Assembly (NCBI GenBank): GCA_964016885.1
Contig: OZ024741.1
Coordinates: 118,048,001 to 118,112,000 of the forward strand
Length of the DNA: 64,000 nt
Direction of reading: 5' to 3'
DNA from: Eledone cirrhosa
Taxonomy: Eukaryota
The notes beneath the pieces are model-generated. The model was not told the DNA's origin. It did no database searches and saw nothing but the letters and a program-made list of their open reading frames with translations. The translations under genes were made by a program, and so were the position numbers. Below, piece after piece: positions 41,915 through 57,809 of the stretch (positions are counted from its first letter, which is position 1; each line of letters begins with the position of its first letter).

Positions 41915-43043
41915 CGAAGTGCGCAGGTGAGTCTGTTATATATATATATAGCGCACTTCGTTATATATATATATAATTTGCTTTCCATACTGACGGTTTT
42001 GTTGTTGAGCCTGCTCTTAAAATTAACGTGCACGTGGCTGAACATATGTGTGCACTGTTAGCATAGTTCTCAGGGATATTCAGCGTGACACAGTATGTGA
42101 TAAGGCTGGCCCTATCAATTACAGGTACAACATATTTTCCCCATGTGAGTGGACTGGAGAACATGAAATAAAGTGTCTTGCTCAAGGACACAATACGCTC
42201 CTGATAATCAAACTCACGCCGTCATGATTGTGAGCTAAGCACTGTAAACACTAAGCAACGGTAAATGTTGCATTTTCGTTGCAAAACTTTCATCGTTAAT
42301 ATCAGTAGAACATTGGTGTGTTAACCCCTTCACTTTTCTGTAGCTCACTTTCAGATATTGTGGGACGACACCACAAGATATAAATGTTTTCAGCCAGTCA
42401 CTTAGCATAGAGTTCGACTAACCTGCAATAACATTATCGGTTAAAACATAAAATGAAGTGGCAGGATAACCAGACTTTATCTAAAGAATCAACTGTATTA
42501 GTAATTTCAACCAGGTCCACAACAGATGCCATGTGCTCAAGCACACATCTCTTCTCTGACTCCTACTTCCAAGTTTATGGGAAAGGAATTTCCCTCGAAG
42601 TTGCAGGCTTTTCTAAACAGTTTTGGAAAGTTCTACGAAACTTTGAAGTAAATAGTCACCAATAAATATAACAGCCAGTTTATTCAGCTGTAAAAATGAG
42701 TTGCGATGTTATTGGTGTCAAACTATATCGGCTTTTACCTTTCCCTGGGGCGTGGAGAGGGGAGATCGATACGTATGGGCGACTGCTGGTCGTTCACAAA
42801 AACACCTTGCCTGGACTTGCGCCTCGGAGTGGAATCTTGTGTTGCATAAGTGAATACGCTAATTCATACATTCAATTAACTGTAATTATACAATTAAGTA
42901 TAAATACAAATATGTGTATGTTTAGTGCGTTTATCACACACACACACACGCATACAAACACGCATATACACAAAAACAAGCATTTATTAAATGAACGAAT
43001 GAATGAATAAATAAATAAATAAGCAATTAAGGTTATTACTTAC

Positions 43044-44054
43044 CAATTATGTATCCGAAAATGGGGATAAAAATGCCTGAAACGGTCATTGTAAGACCTA
43101 TGGCTAAAGGATATCGTTTTGCATCAAAGAATTCCAAAATTATAATAATGCACACTGCCTGATAATGTCCGTGTGCTGTCATTTCACATACAGCCAAGAA
43201 TATCGCTCCGCCAGCAGACGATAGCGATGACATCATAGGAATAGAAGGATATATCATAACGAACACTCCACTTAGTATTGCAGATATGGAAAAAATGAGT
43301 AAGCTTTGCGTTTTGTATTTATAAAGCAACCAAGTACTGGATATGTGTGCTATAATCTCACCAGAAAAACCGATACCGTATATTTGGGCAGCTACTGAGC
43401 GAGTCGTGCCCTTGCTGACAAAGAAATCGGATGTCATGGCCGATAATGTCAATTCTGAGCTCACTACAACAGTCATAGTGAGCAGATATATAAGAAACTG
43501 TTTATTGGAGAAAATCGAGAGAAATGAATGTTTCTGGCTCATTTCACCGACGGTTGTATTCTCAATGTTTTCTACTTGTTCATTAGATTCCGAAAGCTGG
43601 CCTTTCAGTGAAGATCCGTCGTCTAATACTGATGATGTAGTTAAGTGTTGATGCAATGACCTTTCATTTATTGCTAAATTATCTGTGTCGTCTGCGTCTG
43701 TGCAGTGACTCTTGTCGATGTCCGTTTCTCCATACGAATCTTGGCGTACTTTTGAATTTTTATCTTTTTCCACCTTTAGCTTTCCCGTGGAAGTCTTTCC
43801 TCGGTGAAACTCATTTCTATTCTTAATAGAATATATTAGGCCACAAGGTAAAGAGTTTAAAGTAATTGCAGAAAATAATAATAGGCTTGTACGCCAACCG
43901 TAAATATCAATTAAAAAAGAAACCAAAGGAGGGCAAACCACTCCACCGGCCGATCCTCCCATGTCAACTAAGGGCATAAGATGCCGTCCAGATTTTTCTA
44001 GATGTGCAGCAACACCTACATTCATCGAACAATACAGAAGCGAAGAGCCAATAC
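43044..44054 (-). CDS. SLC16/MCT-like transporter, exon 3 (1011 nt)
   Basis: Acceptor taccag| and donor |gtaag. Contains GGSAGGVVCPPLVSFLIDIYGWRTSLLLFSAITLNSLPCG (the MCT TM5-6 YGWR motif), a large cytoplasmic loop and TM7-11. Confidence 0.93.
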
Positions 44055-44421
44055 CTGGTAACAGAAGATATGAAATATATTGGTTTAGTTTCACCAAGCA
44101 CAAAAGACAAAAGGTTTCTTTGGTAAATTATTATTACACCCGTCTGTTAAATCCCGCCGGGGTTAGCTATGCCTTTCATTCTTACGAGGTCGATAAAATA
44201 AAGTACCAGTAACGCACTGGAGTCGATTTAATCGATTTTCCCTTCCTCCCAAAATTGTTGGCCTTCTGTGTAAATCAGAAGAGTTCAAATCCCGCCGAGG
44301 TTAACTTTGCCTTTCATCCTTACGGGGTCGATAAAATAAAGTACCAGTAATACACTGGGTAATTTGCTGACCTTATGCCAAAAGTAGAAACAATTATTAC
44401 ATCAAAGTAAGCATGCATACG

Positions 44422-44464
<43 letters not shown>

Positions 44465-44465
44465 G

Positions 44466-44614
<149 letters not shown>

Positions 44615-45113
44615 CAAGAAAGAAGGGTAACATGGGTGGCTGTACAATAAGGGCTTTATTCACAGTGCTGAAAATTGTTTCGTTAATCTGGTAGGTCTAG
44701 AGCTCGCTAATCGCTTGATGTTGCGTCAATCGATCTCCAATACTTTGTTTACAACCAGTCAATTCATCAGAGCGTGTGGATGTGAGGATAATACGCAAGG
44801 CATGGTTTTATCATTATATTCTATTTCTTACTTCATTATTTTAATTATTCAGTATCTAGACATTTTGTTACTGATGTTATTGTTCTGGTCTAACACCACT
44901 CTTCTATAAAAGCCATGCCTTGCGTATTATCCTCACATCCACACGCTCTGATGAATTGAATTGACTGGTTGTAAACAAAGTATTGGAGATCGATTGACGC
45001 AACATCGAGTGATTAGCGAGCTCTAGACTAGACCTACTAGATCAACGAAACAATTGTCAGCACTGTGAATAAAGCCCTTATTGTACAGCCACCCATGTTA
45101 CCCTTCTTTCTTG
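44615..45113. repeat. Inverted repeat of a PLE pLTR, ~200-bp arms
   Basis: 44615-44810 is approximately the reverse complement of 44906-45113. The right arm continues to 45287 and is directly repeated at 47542-47854. Confidence 0.93.
44945..45061 (+). ncRNA. Type I hammerhead ribozyme with a ~90-nt extended stem II
   Basis: GCU-CUGAUGA-AUUGA...UCAAC-GAAA-CAAUU-GUC^AGC. The second copy at 47542-47650 has a covarying stem I (UACU/AGUA). Confidence 0.65.
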
Positions 45114-45286
45114 CATTATTATTACTCCAAGTATAACCTACATAGAAATCACCGTGAACTCACTGCATCACTATGGAAGCGTCTTGTTGAGTCAAACTAA
45201 GCCATGCGTTAAAACCATCCACAACACGAAGTACTCTAACTGGACTACCTCTAATTGGATTGCCTATAACGATAACTTCTTATCCC

Positions 45287-45365
<79 letters not shown>

Positions 45366-45368
<3 letters not shown>

Positions 45369-45767
45369 TGGCTGCCAAATCGTTTTCGAGTACGGCCACT
45401 ACTTTATATCCATGTAGGAGAACTCCTACCGATGCGCTGAACGAGTGTGACTTTTTAGTCCAGCCAGCGATTTGAAAACCCTGGTACAAACACTACACTT
45501 GTGACAATTATTGACTCATAGTGCTGGGCCCATGGTACCATGTGACGACAAGTGCAGAGAGATCTCCAGATATAAAGCAATGCCTGTGCCGTGAAGCTTT
45601 TATAGTGAGCAAAGGCACTGCACAAAGCCACTCCCACTCTCTTAACCAAGATGATATTTACCAAAAAGAAGAACAAGTCAACATCATTGGATACCATCAG
45701 AGTTGCAGGTGTTATATCAGAGTTTTCCTTCTCCTAGAAGTCTGCCTTGACAAAGGCTAAGGGGTCA
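45366..45767 (-). mobile_element. Two-part RTE derivative, 5'-truncated copy 2
   Basis: Near-identical to 38331-38730 and embedded in (TA)n. Confidence 0.8.
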
Positions 45768-45934
45768 TATGTATATGTATATATACATATACATATACAT
45801 ATACATATATATATACATATATATACATATATAGATATACATATATATACATATATATATATATACATATACATATATATATACATATATATATACATAC
45901 ATATATATACATATATATATATACATATATATAC

Positions 45935-47854
<1,920 letters not shown>

Positions 47855-47904
47855 TATATGTATATATATATGGGATAACAAGTTATCGTTATAGGTAATC
47901 CATC

Positions 47905-47953
<49 letters not shown>

Positions 47954-48031
47954 CATACATATCTATATATATATATACATACATATTCAACTCCTCTATA
48001 AAAACTAAACTACCTTCTACATTCTTTAAAC

Positions 48032-48072
<41 letters not shown>

Positions 48073-48118
48073 CATACATATCTATATACATACATACATA
48101 CATACATACATACATACA

Positions 48119-48154
<36 letters not shown>

Positions 48155-48346
48155 TATATACATACATATATATATATATATATATAGTTATGTAATATTA
48201 CATAACTATTAAGCTCTGTAACCTACATAGAGCACTCTTTTTTCCTGGACCTTTCCGACGGAATTACTTCATTCACACACACACACATATATATATATAG
48301 AGAGATAGATATACACACACATATATATATATAGAGAGAGAGATAT

Positions 48347-48393
<47 letters not shown>

Positions 48394-48774
48394 TATACAC
48401 ACACGTACATGCATATACATACGTATGGGTTATATCTGACATTTATAATGATTTCTAGTATAGGCACAAGGCCAGTAATTTGGGGGAAGGGGAAAGTCAA
48501 TTAAATCGGCCCTAGTACGTTACTGGTACTTTATTTTATCGACCCCTTAAGAATGAAAGGCAAAGTTAACCTCGGTGGGATTTGAACTCAGAGCATAAAG
48601 CACCATAACTCTATGCTGGAAAGCATGGTGTCTGGTGCTCTACCAATCCACCGCCCTATATCGGCGGACATTAATAATAATGTTCGATTCGTTTGTAAAC
48701 AAACGAGCCCAATTAGAAGTTGTGCTGTGCCGGTGACGGGTCGACACCTGTTTGTTCAACACTGGCTTTGAGGA

Positions 48775-48819
48775 ACAAGCAACATGTTTCTGGGTCACTA
48801 CCCATCATATCAGTACTGT
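48775..48819 (-). ncRNA. Degenerate hammerhead in a pLTR fragment related to 37505-37660
   Basis: ACAGUA-CUGAUAUGA-UGGGU AGUG ACCCA-GAAA-CAU-GUU^GCUUGU, with a 2-nt insertion in the core. Confidence 0.5.
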
Positions 48820-48863
48820 ATACCTCCATGCCAATGTGTTGAATGGTTGAAAATATATAGTAT

Positions 48864-48905
<42 letters not shown>

Positions 48906-49182
48906 TTTTCTGGAAGAAATTGTTCAGCCCTGGCAAGGGGGTGGGCTCCGCGAGGTCTAAGTTACTTATGACACACTGCATGGCTCTATGGTGTCCCTAG
49001 GCCTCAAGTGGGAGTTACAGGTCTGTGTATGTATATATATATATATTTACATCACACACACACACACATAACCCAGTGGATTATTACTATTATCACATTC
49101 AAACTAATGAGGAAAATTAAAATTGTTTATTTTTGTGAGAGGAAGGGGGAGATTCTATTTATATTTACACTTTGCATCTTAC

Positions 49183-49326
49183 CACTTAAAATTCCAAAGA
49201 AACACATGAGAAATATGATGTTGGGAGCGAAGCAGGAAGATCCGATTCCTATACTGAGAAAAATACTCCCCCAAACTGCCGTGGCTCGTACTCCGAACCT
49301 GTGGAGGAACATTCCTGCCAGGATAC
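49183..49326 (-). CDS. SLC16/MCT-like transporter, exon 2 (144 nt)
   Basis: Acceptor ttttacag| and donor |gtaag. Reads GILAGMFLHRFGVRATAVWGSIFLSIGIGSSCFAPNIIFLMCFFGILSG (MFS motif A, RFGxR). Confidence 0.93.
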
Positions 49327-49531
49327 CTGTAAAATTGAAAAAAAAAAATATATATATATATAAAGAGGAGATATATATCACAAGAGAGAAGGGGAGAGAG
49401 AAAAGAGTGATACAGTATGCTAAATGCCGATAGCCGAATCGAGGTGCGCTTGATGCTTAGGGTAGCAGTGTTAAATATTAAAGAGGGGTTTAATATTTAA
49501 TGAAGAAGGCAAGCAGAGCAAGTAGTATAAG

Positions 49532-49588
<57 letters not shown>

Positions 49589-49594
49589 TATAAG

Positions 49595-49669
<75 letters not shown>

Positions 49670-49677
49670 TATAAGTA

Positions 49678-49720
<43 letters not shown>

Positions 49721-49909
49721 GTTATATAAGCAATATATATATATAGTTATATTTGGGGAAGGTCATATTGTTATAATATTGCCAGAAGTAATAATAAAAC
49801 ACACTCACTGTTTGGTTTGGATTGGTTTTCGCTTCTGTATCTTTTATATCTCCCTAGTTAATTTATCTGGCAAACAATGTTTATCATTGATTGACCAACG
49901 GTTAAAAAT

Positions 49910-49975
<66 letters not shown>

Positions 49976-52033
49976 GGATATTTAATAAAATCGAATCTAT
50001 GGCGGTTTGCAAGCAAATTCGGCCTACTTATATGAAATGATGAGTTAGCAAAGCACTCGATAAGGTAGGTCCTTAGAGTAATAACATACGTTTAAATAGC
50101 TTGACAAATCGAATATTGTGGTAGGCAAAATCTAACACACAATAATATACCAAAGTAACGATAGAACTAACAGGTTGAGAAAAATACACCTGGACAAATC
50201 AAACGATTATACGTTTAAGTGTTTCTTTGAATCCGAAATCAAATATCAAACTTACGTGACTGGCAAGCTCGTGGTATTCATGATCGAACATAGGATTCAG
50301 TTCTTCAACAGGTTTTCGTTCTACCAAGGACGGGGTGGTAAGCTAAATGTTGCCGCTATGTTGCAGCGTATCGTATCTATAGCTGTTACGTGTTAATTCC
50401 AGCAAGGGAAATAACCCCCGGTTTTTGGCGGGTCATTCAAAATGTTAGACAAAGGAAATATATATATATATATATAAAGATCCTGTTAAGGGTGAAAGAA
50501 GCGATTATTTGCTTAAACTTTAATCTGTTATTTTAATAAATTAATATATATATATATAGTCTATAAAAGTTCTTTCGTCACACATCTGTGACATCATAAG
50601 TGGTACTATTATGTTTCTTCCCGTTGTATTGTAATGTCTATGCCATTTTTATTTAATTAAGTTATTTAATCTTGTCTCTGTCTCTATGTGCGCATGCGTT
50701 TGCGTGTGTGTTTTCTGTTTGGTGTATGTGTGTTTGTATTCTATCTTTGTTCACTGCTGTGTGTTTATGTGTGTTTGTTGTTATTGTACTTGTGTATATT
50801 TATTTATTTATATATATGTCAAAACGGCCGGAGCTCAGCCGACGGTGTCCTGACTCTTTTCCTATATATATATATGTGTGTGTGGGTCTGTGTGTGTGTG
50901 TATACATGTGGGGGGGGGGCATACGTGAAACCAGCCGTTGAGAAATTTTAAATCAGGCGTCCATGAAACCTACTAAACCCACGCTACTTTAGGACCATTG
51001 CACGTGATCAATGTGTGTGTGCGCGTGCGTATATACATATATATATATATATATATATAGTACACATATACATCCCAGAAACGATCGTAAAATGATGAAT
51101 TTTTTAATATAAGGAACTTGTTCTTTGTTTTTATTTCATTGTTTTTATTAATTTATATATATATATATATATATATATATCATCATCATCATCACCGTCC
51201 ATTTTCCACGCTAGCATGGATAGGACGGGCAGTCCGTTTGTGATAGATCAGGTCAGAGGACCTTGATTCGCATATACGGAACTGATTTTGGCTTGTTTTC
51301 TACAGCATAAAATAACTCTAATAACAGTCGATAACCATAGAAAATAGTTGAGAAAACTGGATAAATTACTCTTAGAGACGAAAACAAATAGGACAGAGGT
51401 ACCTACAGGTATATGTACTAGATACATAAGCCAAAGATTGAGCCTCTAGACTAAGGTTCTTATCCGAAGGTAACCACTCTCCTAGCGAGTTTGGTAATCA
51501 AAAGCTGAACGGATACAATTCGATTTCTAGCATTGTTTTCTCTAAATAAATATACCAAAATCCTCCCGATTTTCTTCTCTATTCTTTTCATAGTTATCTA
51601 TATATAAAGTATAACTAAGTTGTTGTCATCTTTTGATGTCATACTGGCAGATAATAGGACTGGTGATGACTATTTCGAAACCTGGCGAAGAGAGTTTGGA
51701 AACATACTGGGCAAACGTATGCTGATTATGTGGGATGGTGGCTGAAATCATACTGATTTTTCCACGGACATTTGTAACCTTAAAGTAATCCACACACACT
51801 GTATCAATGTGGTACAGTATGTGTGACGAACAAGGAAAGCATTTTGAATGAAAAGTGCGCTTCATCCCACGAGATTTCACAAAATTTGTCTACTAATTCC
51901 CATATACTAGATTCGTGTTAATCCAAAGTTTTGGGAGAAGACACTTGGCCATCCTTCTGAAAATCAGTGTAAAGAAATTCCGTTTAAAATAGAAAGGAAA
52001 AAAAGACAATCAAACTAGAAAGCTTCTGCTTAC

Positions 52034-52250
52034 CTACAGTAGAGAAAACACCAGTATGGAGGAATATAGTTAATAATACCATATCGTAATGTTTCGGAAA
52101 AGCCCGTTTATATTTTACGAAATACACCGACAGGCTGGCAATGAAACCAAACAATACAAAATTAATGACGAAGCCGGAAAGTACGATGAAAAATAACTCA
52201 ACCTTCTGATGAATTGAAAGCTGTGGTTTCCTAAAACAACAAAAATTCAT
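52034..52250 (-). CDS. SLC16/MCT-like transporter, exon 1 (217 nt)
   Basis: ATG at 52250. Reads MNFCCFRK...FFIVLSGFVINFVLFGFIASLSVYF...GVFSTVG, followed by donor |gtaag. The four exons splice to 1524 nt in one open frame. Confidence 0.88.
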
Positions 52251-52294
52251 AAATTCAGTAATAGTGTGAGCAATTTTCTAAACCAAGCCAAATA

Positions 52295-52476
<182 letters not shown>

Positions 52477-52950
52477 TATAAAACACAGCTTATATTAAAA
52501 GGTAAATAATTTTATGTAGATAAATTAAAGTAAATTTAATGTAGATATAACTACAGTGTTTTTTTTTAATTCCGAAAACAATCTGTGAAAAGAATGAGGT
52601 GTAAACACTAAAACGTAAGAGATTATCTTTATATGTTTCAAAGGTAATTGAGACTTCATCAGAAAATAACTATTTTATGATACGCCTTGAAAGTGATCGT
52701 TATCCATGTTTAAAAAGAGTGAGGCAGACTGTGTTTAACTTGATCCCATATAACTTCTAGTGAGTAGGAAATGAATTAAATCAAGTATGTATAATGTTGA
52801 TGTTTGTTACATTACTCTTGGGTAGGTACGAACGATAAACTTGTCTCTGGTAGTATTTGAATTTCGAATTTAGAGATGAAAATATATACCGCAAGCCATT
52901 TAGATCGATCCTCAATCACTTCTGCTAACAATGTACAATACATACATACA

Positions 52951-53550
52951 TGGTGGCTGCCAACTCGTTTTCGAGTACGGCCACTACTTTATATCCATGT
53001 AGGAGAACCCCTACCGATGCGCTGAACGAGTGTGACTTTTTAGTCCAGCCAGTAACTTGAAAACTCTGGTACAAACACTACACTTGTGACAATTATTGAC
53101 ACATAGTGCTGGGCATATGGTACCATGTGACGACAAATGCAGAGAGATCTCCAGATATAAAGCAATGCCTGTGCCGTGAAGCTTTTATAGTGAGCAAAGG
53201 CACTGCACAAAGCCAGTCCCACTCTCTTAACCAAGATGATATTTACCAAAAAGAAGAACAAGTCGACATCATTGGATACCATTAGAGTTATATCAGAGTT
53301 TTCCTTCTCCTAGAAATCTGCCTTGACAAAGGCTAAGGGGGTCATCTCTCCCGGTGATTTTGGATGGCCATTGACTCTTAAGAGCTCCTTTTCCCTTTGA
53401 CAGATTTTGTTTTTAGTACTGCAGGATGTCCAAAGTCACCCTCCTCACCAAGAAACCTTGGTGGGGTTGCCAGTTTAGTCGCCAACGACCCGACCATGAG
53501 ACAGGTTGTACTGGGATACATGTTACCAGTAGCACCAACTGGTGACCTGA
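52951..53550 (-). mobile_element. Two-part RTE derivative, copy 3
   Basis: Near-identical to 38331-38938 and flanked by (TACA)n. Confidence 0.8.
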
Positions 53551-53584
53551 TATACATACATACATACATACATACATACATACA

Positions 53585-53618
<34 letters not shown>

Positions 53619-53624
53619 CATACA

Positions 53625-53660
<36 letters not shown>

Positions 53661-53705
53661 TATATAGCTGTCGAAACGGCCGGAGCTCAGCCCTCGGGGT
53701 CCTGA

Positions 53706-53753
<48 letters not shown>

Positions 53754-53904
53754 AGTCAGTGTGTCTCGGGGTCCTGACTCTTTATATATATATATAAAGA
53801 GTCAGGACCCCGAGGACTGAGCTCCGGCCTTATAATTCAACACATACCATACTTTGTGTTTTTTCTATATATACTGACTTAAATATATATATATATATAT
53901 ATAT

Positions 53905-56883
53905 ACGATATTAAACAAATGGAAACTATATTTATAAAACCATATTTATTTCGTTATATATATTAAAAATATGTTATGCCTTCCTCAGACAAAATACAAT
54001 ACATAAGCTGTTTTATAAATAATTAGTGACATACCTTGTGATAATGCAACTTCCTTTTAAAAAGTTGATTTGGTAGTGAAACTGTTATGATAGTTATATA
54101 GAAAGAAAACGAAGATGAGAAGAAGAAGATGAAGAGATGTATGCAAATAAAAAAAAATTAAAAAAAAGAAAAAAAAAAGAAGAGGATGAAGAGATGTATG
54201 CAAAGAAAAACAACGGAGCGAGATAGAGAGACAAGGAGAGAGAGAAATACATTGATGGTGAAAAACATAGTAGGCTGCTTTTTGACAGATGATCATCGTA
54301 TATGTGAGAGGTTAAGGGAAGGGATACAGTTAAATTAGTGTATAGGAGAAAAAGAAAGAAAGATGATATATTTAAAATATATTAAAAATATATTATGTCT
54401 CATCCATTTGAATTATCAATTTTTATGAATTAGGTATTATAATGTAAATATCAGTATTCATGAATGAGACACATATCCATAATGTGTGAAAAAAATGACC
54501 ACATGCTCAGTTAAAAATTCTTAGGTCTATAAGCAAAATCTGAGATAAAACTTCAAACATAAGTATATATGCATTCTCGTGAAAAAAGAGAAAAGAGAAG
54601 GTTATCTCAAATTCAAGTTGATAAATATAGACGCACATGTGAACCTACGTGATACGCTGCACTGATTCTTATATTTCATGAAAAACTTCAATGCGTTAGA
54701 AAAGATTCCACCCTACATACATTTACATACATATATACATATATATAGACACAAAACATATAAGATATACATTAACATCTAAAATAACATTCCAGCCTCA
54801 CTTGCATGATCATCGATCAAGCATAGAGTAGACAACAGATATCAATATTAAAATTAAAAACGCCAAGAATATCTTCGTCACTCCACAGAGTATCTAGGGA
54901 CGCAAGAGAACATAGTATGCCACGCATATCGGTCATAGAATCAGAGTCAAAAGCAAACAAAACCAAAATTGTTCACCAAGCCTTATTTAGCAGAAATCAT
55001 TCAAAACTTATTCTACAAATGCTCTTATATTTATTATAGAAGTTTATCCAGCTTAAAAATTTATTCAAAAGATTGGGGACAACGCCAATTATAGGGTAGT
55101 TTATTTAATCTCATTAATTATATATTCATGCAGAAAGGTTTTAAAAAAAATTTAAGGAATCGAAATATTTATCGCCAAGTATCATAAATAGTCAAATACC
55201 TTAAGTAAATATACTACATTTTATATTACATTTTAAATTTATATTTATATTTAAATGTTGAGTTCAATCTATGTCTGCAACAGCTGAATAAATTGGTTCG
55301 TAAATTAAGGGAATTTTTAGATTTTAATATAAAGAATATCTCCTCCGCGCAGAGGTCACAAGTCTCAGAAGAGGAATTAAAAGGAATCCCTTTTGAGACT
55401 ATATTCCAGACCATCGAATATCCAACTTTATCATGCTTAAGTTGCCAGAGTAACCCTGACAGCGATGTTGAGGATTTTTTATTTGGATCCGTGAAAGAAT
55501 TTTTGTGATTATTATAGCGAAGTTTAAATTCTGTCGAGGTGGAACCAACATAATTAAAAGAATTTAAATCAGTTCTAACATTACAGTTGTATATTATATT
55601 TTTAACTAAGCAATTGTTATTTAGCGGACATTTAGATCTATCTCTACAGTTACAGTTTTTTAGTTGAATATTGTTTAGGCTATTTTCGGTATTTTGGCTA
55701 GGTTTTAGATTCCTATTATTTATTCTATTAATATTTTGTGCTAAATTTTTGGTGGACGAGTACGTTAATTTTATAGTATGTCTATTAAAAATTGAGTGAT
55801 ACTTATGTGTTCTAGGGAAGCGTTTGTCAAGAGCATTAAAAAATAGTTTAGCGATGTGGGTTTTAATGTTTAGTGAGAAAGGGGGGGGGGGAACCATATT
55901 ATATTTCTAGTTCTATTTCTTTTCTGGTTTTTGAAATTATTGTAGTGCTTTCTATTATAGTTGTTAAAGTTGTTACTGTAATTAAAATTGTTGTTATTTT
56001 GGTTAGTTTGTCTATTATCGATGTACATAATTTTATCACTATATCCTGCTCTAGCTAAAGCTTCATTATAATACTGGGCTTTTTCGTCAAAAATATTTTT
56101 ATTGGAAGAGATTCTAGAGATACGTTTTTGAACAGAGTTCACTATAGTATTTTTGACAGATCTGGGGTGATTGGAGCTAAAATTGACATAATTCAAGTTT
56201 TCATTTAACTTGTGAAATGGATAGTGAAGACATGTGTTGAGATTAAATGTTACGTCTAGGAAATTGACTATTCTATGGTTATTCTCAATTTCTATTTTTA
56301 GATTAAGGTAATTAAAAAATTGTATAATTTGTTTTCTTTTCTTATTTAGTTCAGAGTTATTATTTTCAATAAGTAAAAGCATGTCATCTCTATATAAACC
56401 TCCGGTAACACCGGGTATTTTCCTATGCAGCGAATTAATTATAAATAGGCCCACAAGGTCCGTTACCTGAGCTGAGTCTGATGATCCCATAGTAATGTCA
56501 AAATTATTATCTCTATCTGCCCTAGTCCATAGTTGGTTATTAAATTCTATCAAAGTTTTCCTTGCCGATAATATAATGTGCATTTCATTGCTAGTTAGGT
56601 CTGTATGCTTGAATGCGTAATTTAGTGCCTTATTAAGTAGATTAGGGGTAATGGATGAATAGTAGTTAGCAATATCTAGTTGAATAAATTTATTATTATT
56701 GTTATATTTAATTTCATTAAACCACTCAATGACCTCCCCAGTTCCCTTCCACAAGGTCAAGCCAGGTAAACAATTCAAGTCCTTAATTTACTGTATCACT
56801 CTGTCTAGAATGTTCTTGCTAAGTTTACCCAGGTCAGATTTTGATGGTGCAATCAACCTGACTGGCAAGTCATTTTCAAAATT
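53905..56883 (-). mobile_element. 5'-truncated Penelope-like element (Nematis-like RT + GIY-YIG; ORFs 55870-56778 and 55226-55897)
   Basis: RLIAPSKSDLGK, FIQLDIANYYSSI, FDITMGSSDSAQ, LYRDD, NFLDVTF, SNHP, CNC...CPL...IIY...YVGST...FKLRYNNH and CDLC. There is a frameshift in the G-run near 55885. Confidence 0.92.
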
Positions 56884-57051
56884 CGAAATAAATATGGTTT
56901 TATAAATATAGTTTCCATTTGTTTAATATCGTAAACCTACTCCAGAAACTGTTGAGTGCTTTTATATCAGTTATAAAATATTTACTCGTTGTAACCCAAC
57001 AATCTTAAATAAAACTTTTGCATATATATATATATATATATATTTAAGTCA

Positions 57052-57518
57052 GTATATATAGAAAAAACACAAAGTATGGTATGTGTTCAATTATAGGGGA
57101 TAGAATACCACCAGAGTGAAAAACATATTGTCTACGAAAGGAATGGAGAATACATATCAATTAAAAGAATACATTAAATGTACAAACCAACCTTTTATAA
57201 CTATAAACACCTGGACGATTTCTAATAAGAGAATGTTTCACCATAAAAAGTAAAGATCCCATATCGCTAAGAAGTGAGGACCATACTGTTATACGCCTGT
57301 TAGCGGTATGGGATCTTCACTTTTTATGGCGAAACATTCTCTCATTAGAAATCGTCCAGGTGTTTATAGTTATAAAAGGTTGGTTTGTACATTTAATGTA
57401 TTCTTTTAATTGATATGTATTCTCCATTCCTTTCGTAGACAATATGTTTTTCACTCTGGTGGTATTCTATCCCCTATAATTGAACACATACCTCTTTGTA
57501 TTTTTTTTCTATATATAC
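57052..57518. repeat. Inverted repeat, ~220-bp arms with a ~30-nt loop
   Basis: 57052-57270 is approximately the reverse complement of 57300-57518, with few mismatches. Confidence 0.95.
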
Positions 57519-57604
57519 AGTCTTATAAAAAAAATCCGGATTCTATTCCTTGAGCTCATTAAATGAGAGAGGATTAACGCGAGTTTTTAACTCCGTTTTC
57601 TTTT

Positions 57605-57706
<102 letters not shown>

Positions 57707-57809
57707 GAAAGAGAGAGAGAGATTATATATAAAACATAAGTAAGAAGTAACTATTAGGTTATATCAAATATGTACAAACACACACATATATATATATACA
57801 TACATACAT

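Noticed and set aside
42240-42425. Candidate last exon of the transporter after a tgcag acceptor
   Set aside because: There is an immediate in-frame TAG and no transmembrane segment; 33433-33584 fits TM12.
53940-53992. CTGAGGA...CGAAA (minus strand) and CTGATGA...GAAA at 35976-36040 as hammerheads
   Set aside because: I could not build stem I or a clear stem II, so these are left as pLTR sequence only.
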